DNA from: Tubiluchus corallicola
Lineage: Eukaryota; Animalia; Priapulida
Assembly (NCBI GenBank): GCA_030141605.1
Contig: JAQGDQ010000017.1
Span: 434,001-498,000 of the forward strand
DNA: 64,000 nucleotides
Direction: 5' to 3'
Numbering within the stretch: position 1 is the first letter of the stretch; every line of letters starts with the position of its first letter. Below, one piece after another: positions 63,464-64,000 of this stretch. Below the pieces are notes generated by a model that worked only from the letters and a program-made list of their open reading frames with translations, had not been told where the DNA came from and ran no database searches. Position numbers and translations under genes: made by a program.

Positions 63464-64000
63464 TCAAGAAATTACACAGTTTTTGCTGCCTCTTTTTGAG
63501 TGATGTCGGTAAGCACCCATGGGTAGTGTTCCGGCTCGAGGGAACCCTTCGGCACCATTAACATAAGAGATTCGAACCCCACCGAGTCCGCCCATACCTC
63601 TTCGTGGAGCAAAGAAGTCATACTCATCAAATTCGCTGTCACTTGAACTGGAGCAAGTGCTGCAAACGCTGAATCTTTCGTCCTCCTCTCCAGGCGTAAC
63701 ATTCATCTCATCGAGTTTATCTGGGACGCTTCCCACAGCTGGGTGGGCAGTTTCGGATGGTGTCTGTTTGTCCGTTTCTGACACATCCGGAAAATAATCG
63801 ATAGAAGTTGGCCGACCTCCAGGAGCACTGCGGCTACGTGGATATGTCCCGGTCTGACAACTTTGACTCACCTGCTGACGCTCTCTATGTTTCGCTCTAT
63901 GACGGCGACGATGTGGCCGTGGTCGAGACGGCTTCGTCTGACACGAGCTTGAGTCGCTCTCGGCCGGAATCGGCTTTTTACCAGTTGGCACGTCCGGGTT
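63464..64000 (-). CDS. prickle: Prickle planar-cell-polarity protein, C-terminal coding part (open to window edge)
   Basis: CSTCSSSSDSEFDEY motif, RISYV, and terminal CaaX KNCVIS*, characteristic of Prickle C-termini. Confidence 0.85.
   Translation of the reverse strand, partial: NPDVPTGKKPIPAESDSSSCQTKPSRPRPHRRRHRAKHRERQQVSQSCQTGTYPRSRSAPGGRPTSIDYFPDVSETDKQTPSETAHPAVGSVPDKLDEMNVTPGEEDERFSVCSTCSSSSDSEFDEYDFFAPRRGMGGLGGVRISYVNGAEGFPRAGTLPMGAYRHHSKRGSKNCVIS

Overview
AT-rich animal genomic DNA with spliceosomal genes; the taxon cannot be fixed from this window, though an invertebrate is likely. The first ~39.4 kb holds a tandem array of 10 intact, single-coding-exon class A (rhodopsin-like) GPCR paralogues (8 on -, 2 on +) plus two relic N-terminal fragments. 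The array shows recent duplication, inversion, chimaerism and decay. Immediately after it come only the last three coding exons of UBA1 (+). I found no earlier UBA1 exon, so the array appears to sit inside one >40 kb UBA1 intron. Next is a complete 11-coding-exon PARP3-like gene (+, ~621 aa) with two N-terminal SAP domains, followed by the convergent 3' end of prickle (-). Introns and spacers contain many MITEs, LINE and SINE fragments, microsatellites, a 31-bp minisatellite and a 268-bp hairpin with a hammerhead-ribozyme core. All exon boundaries, alignments and counts were done by eye.
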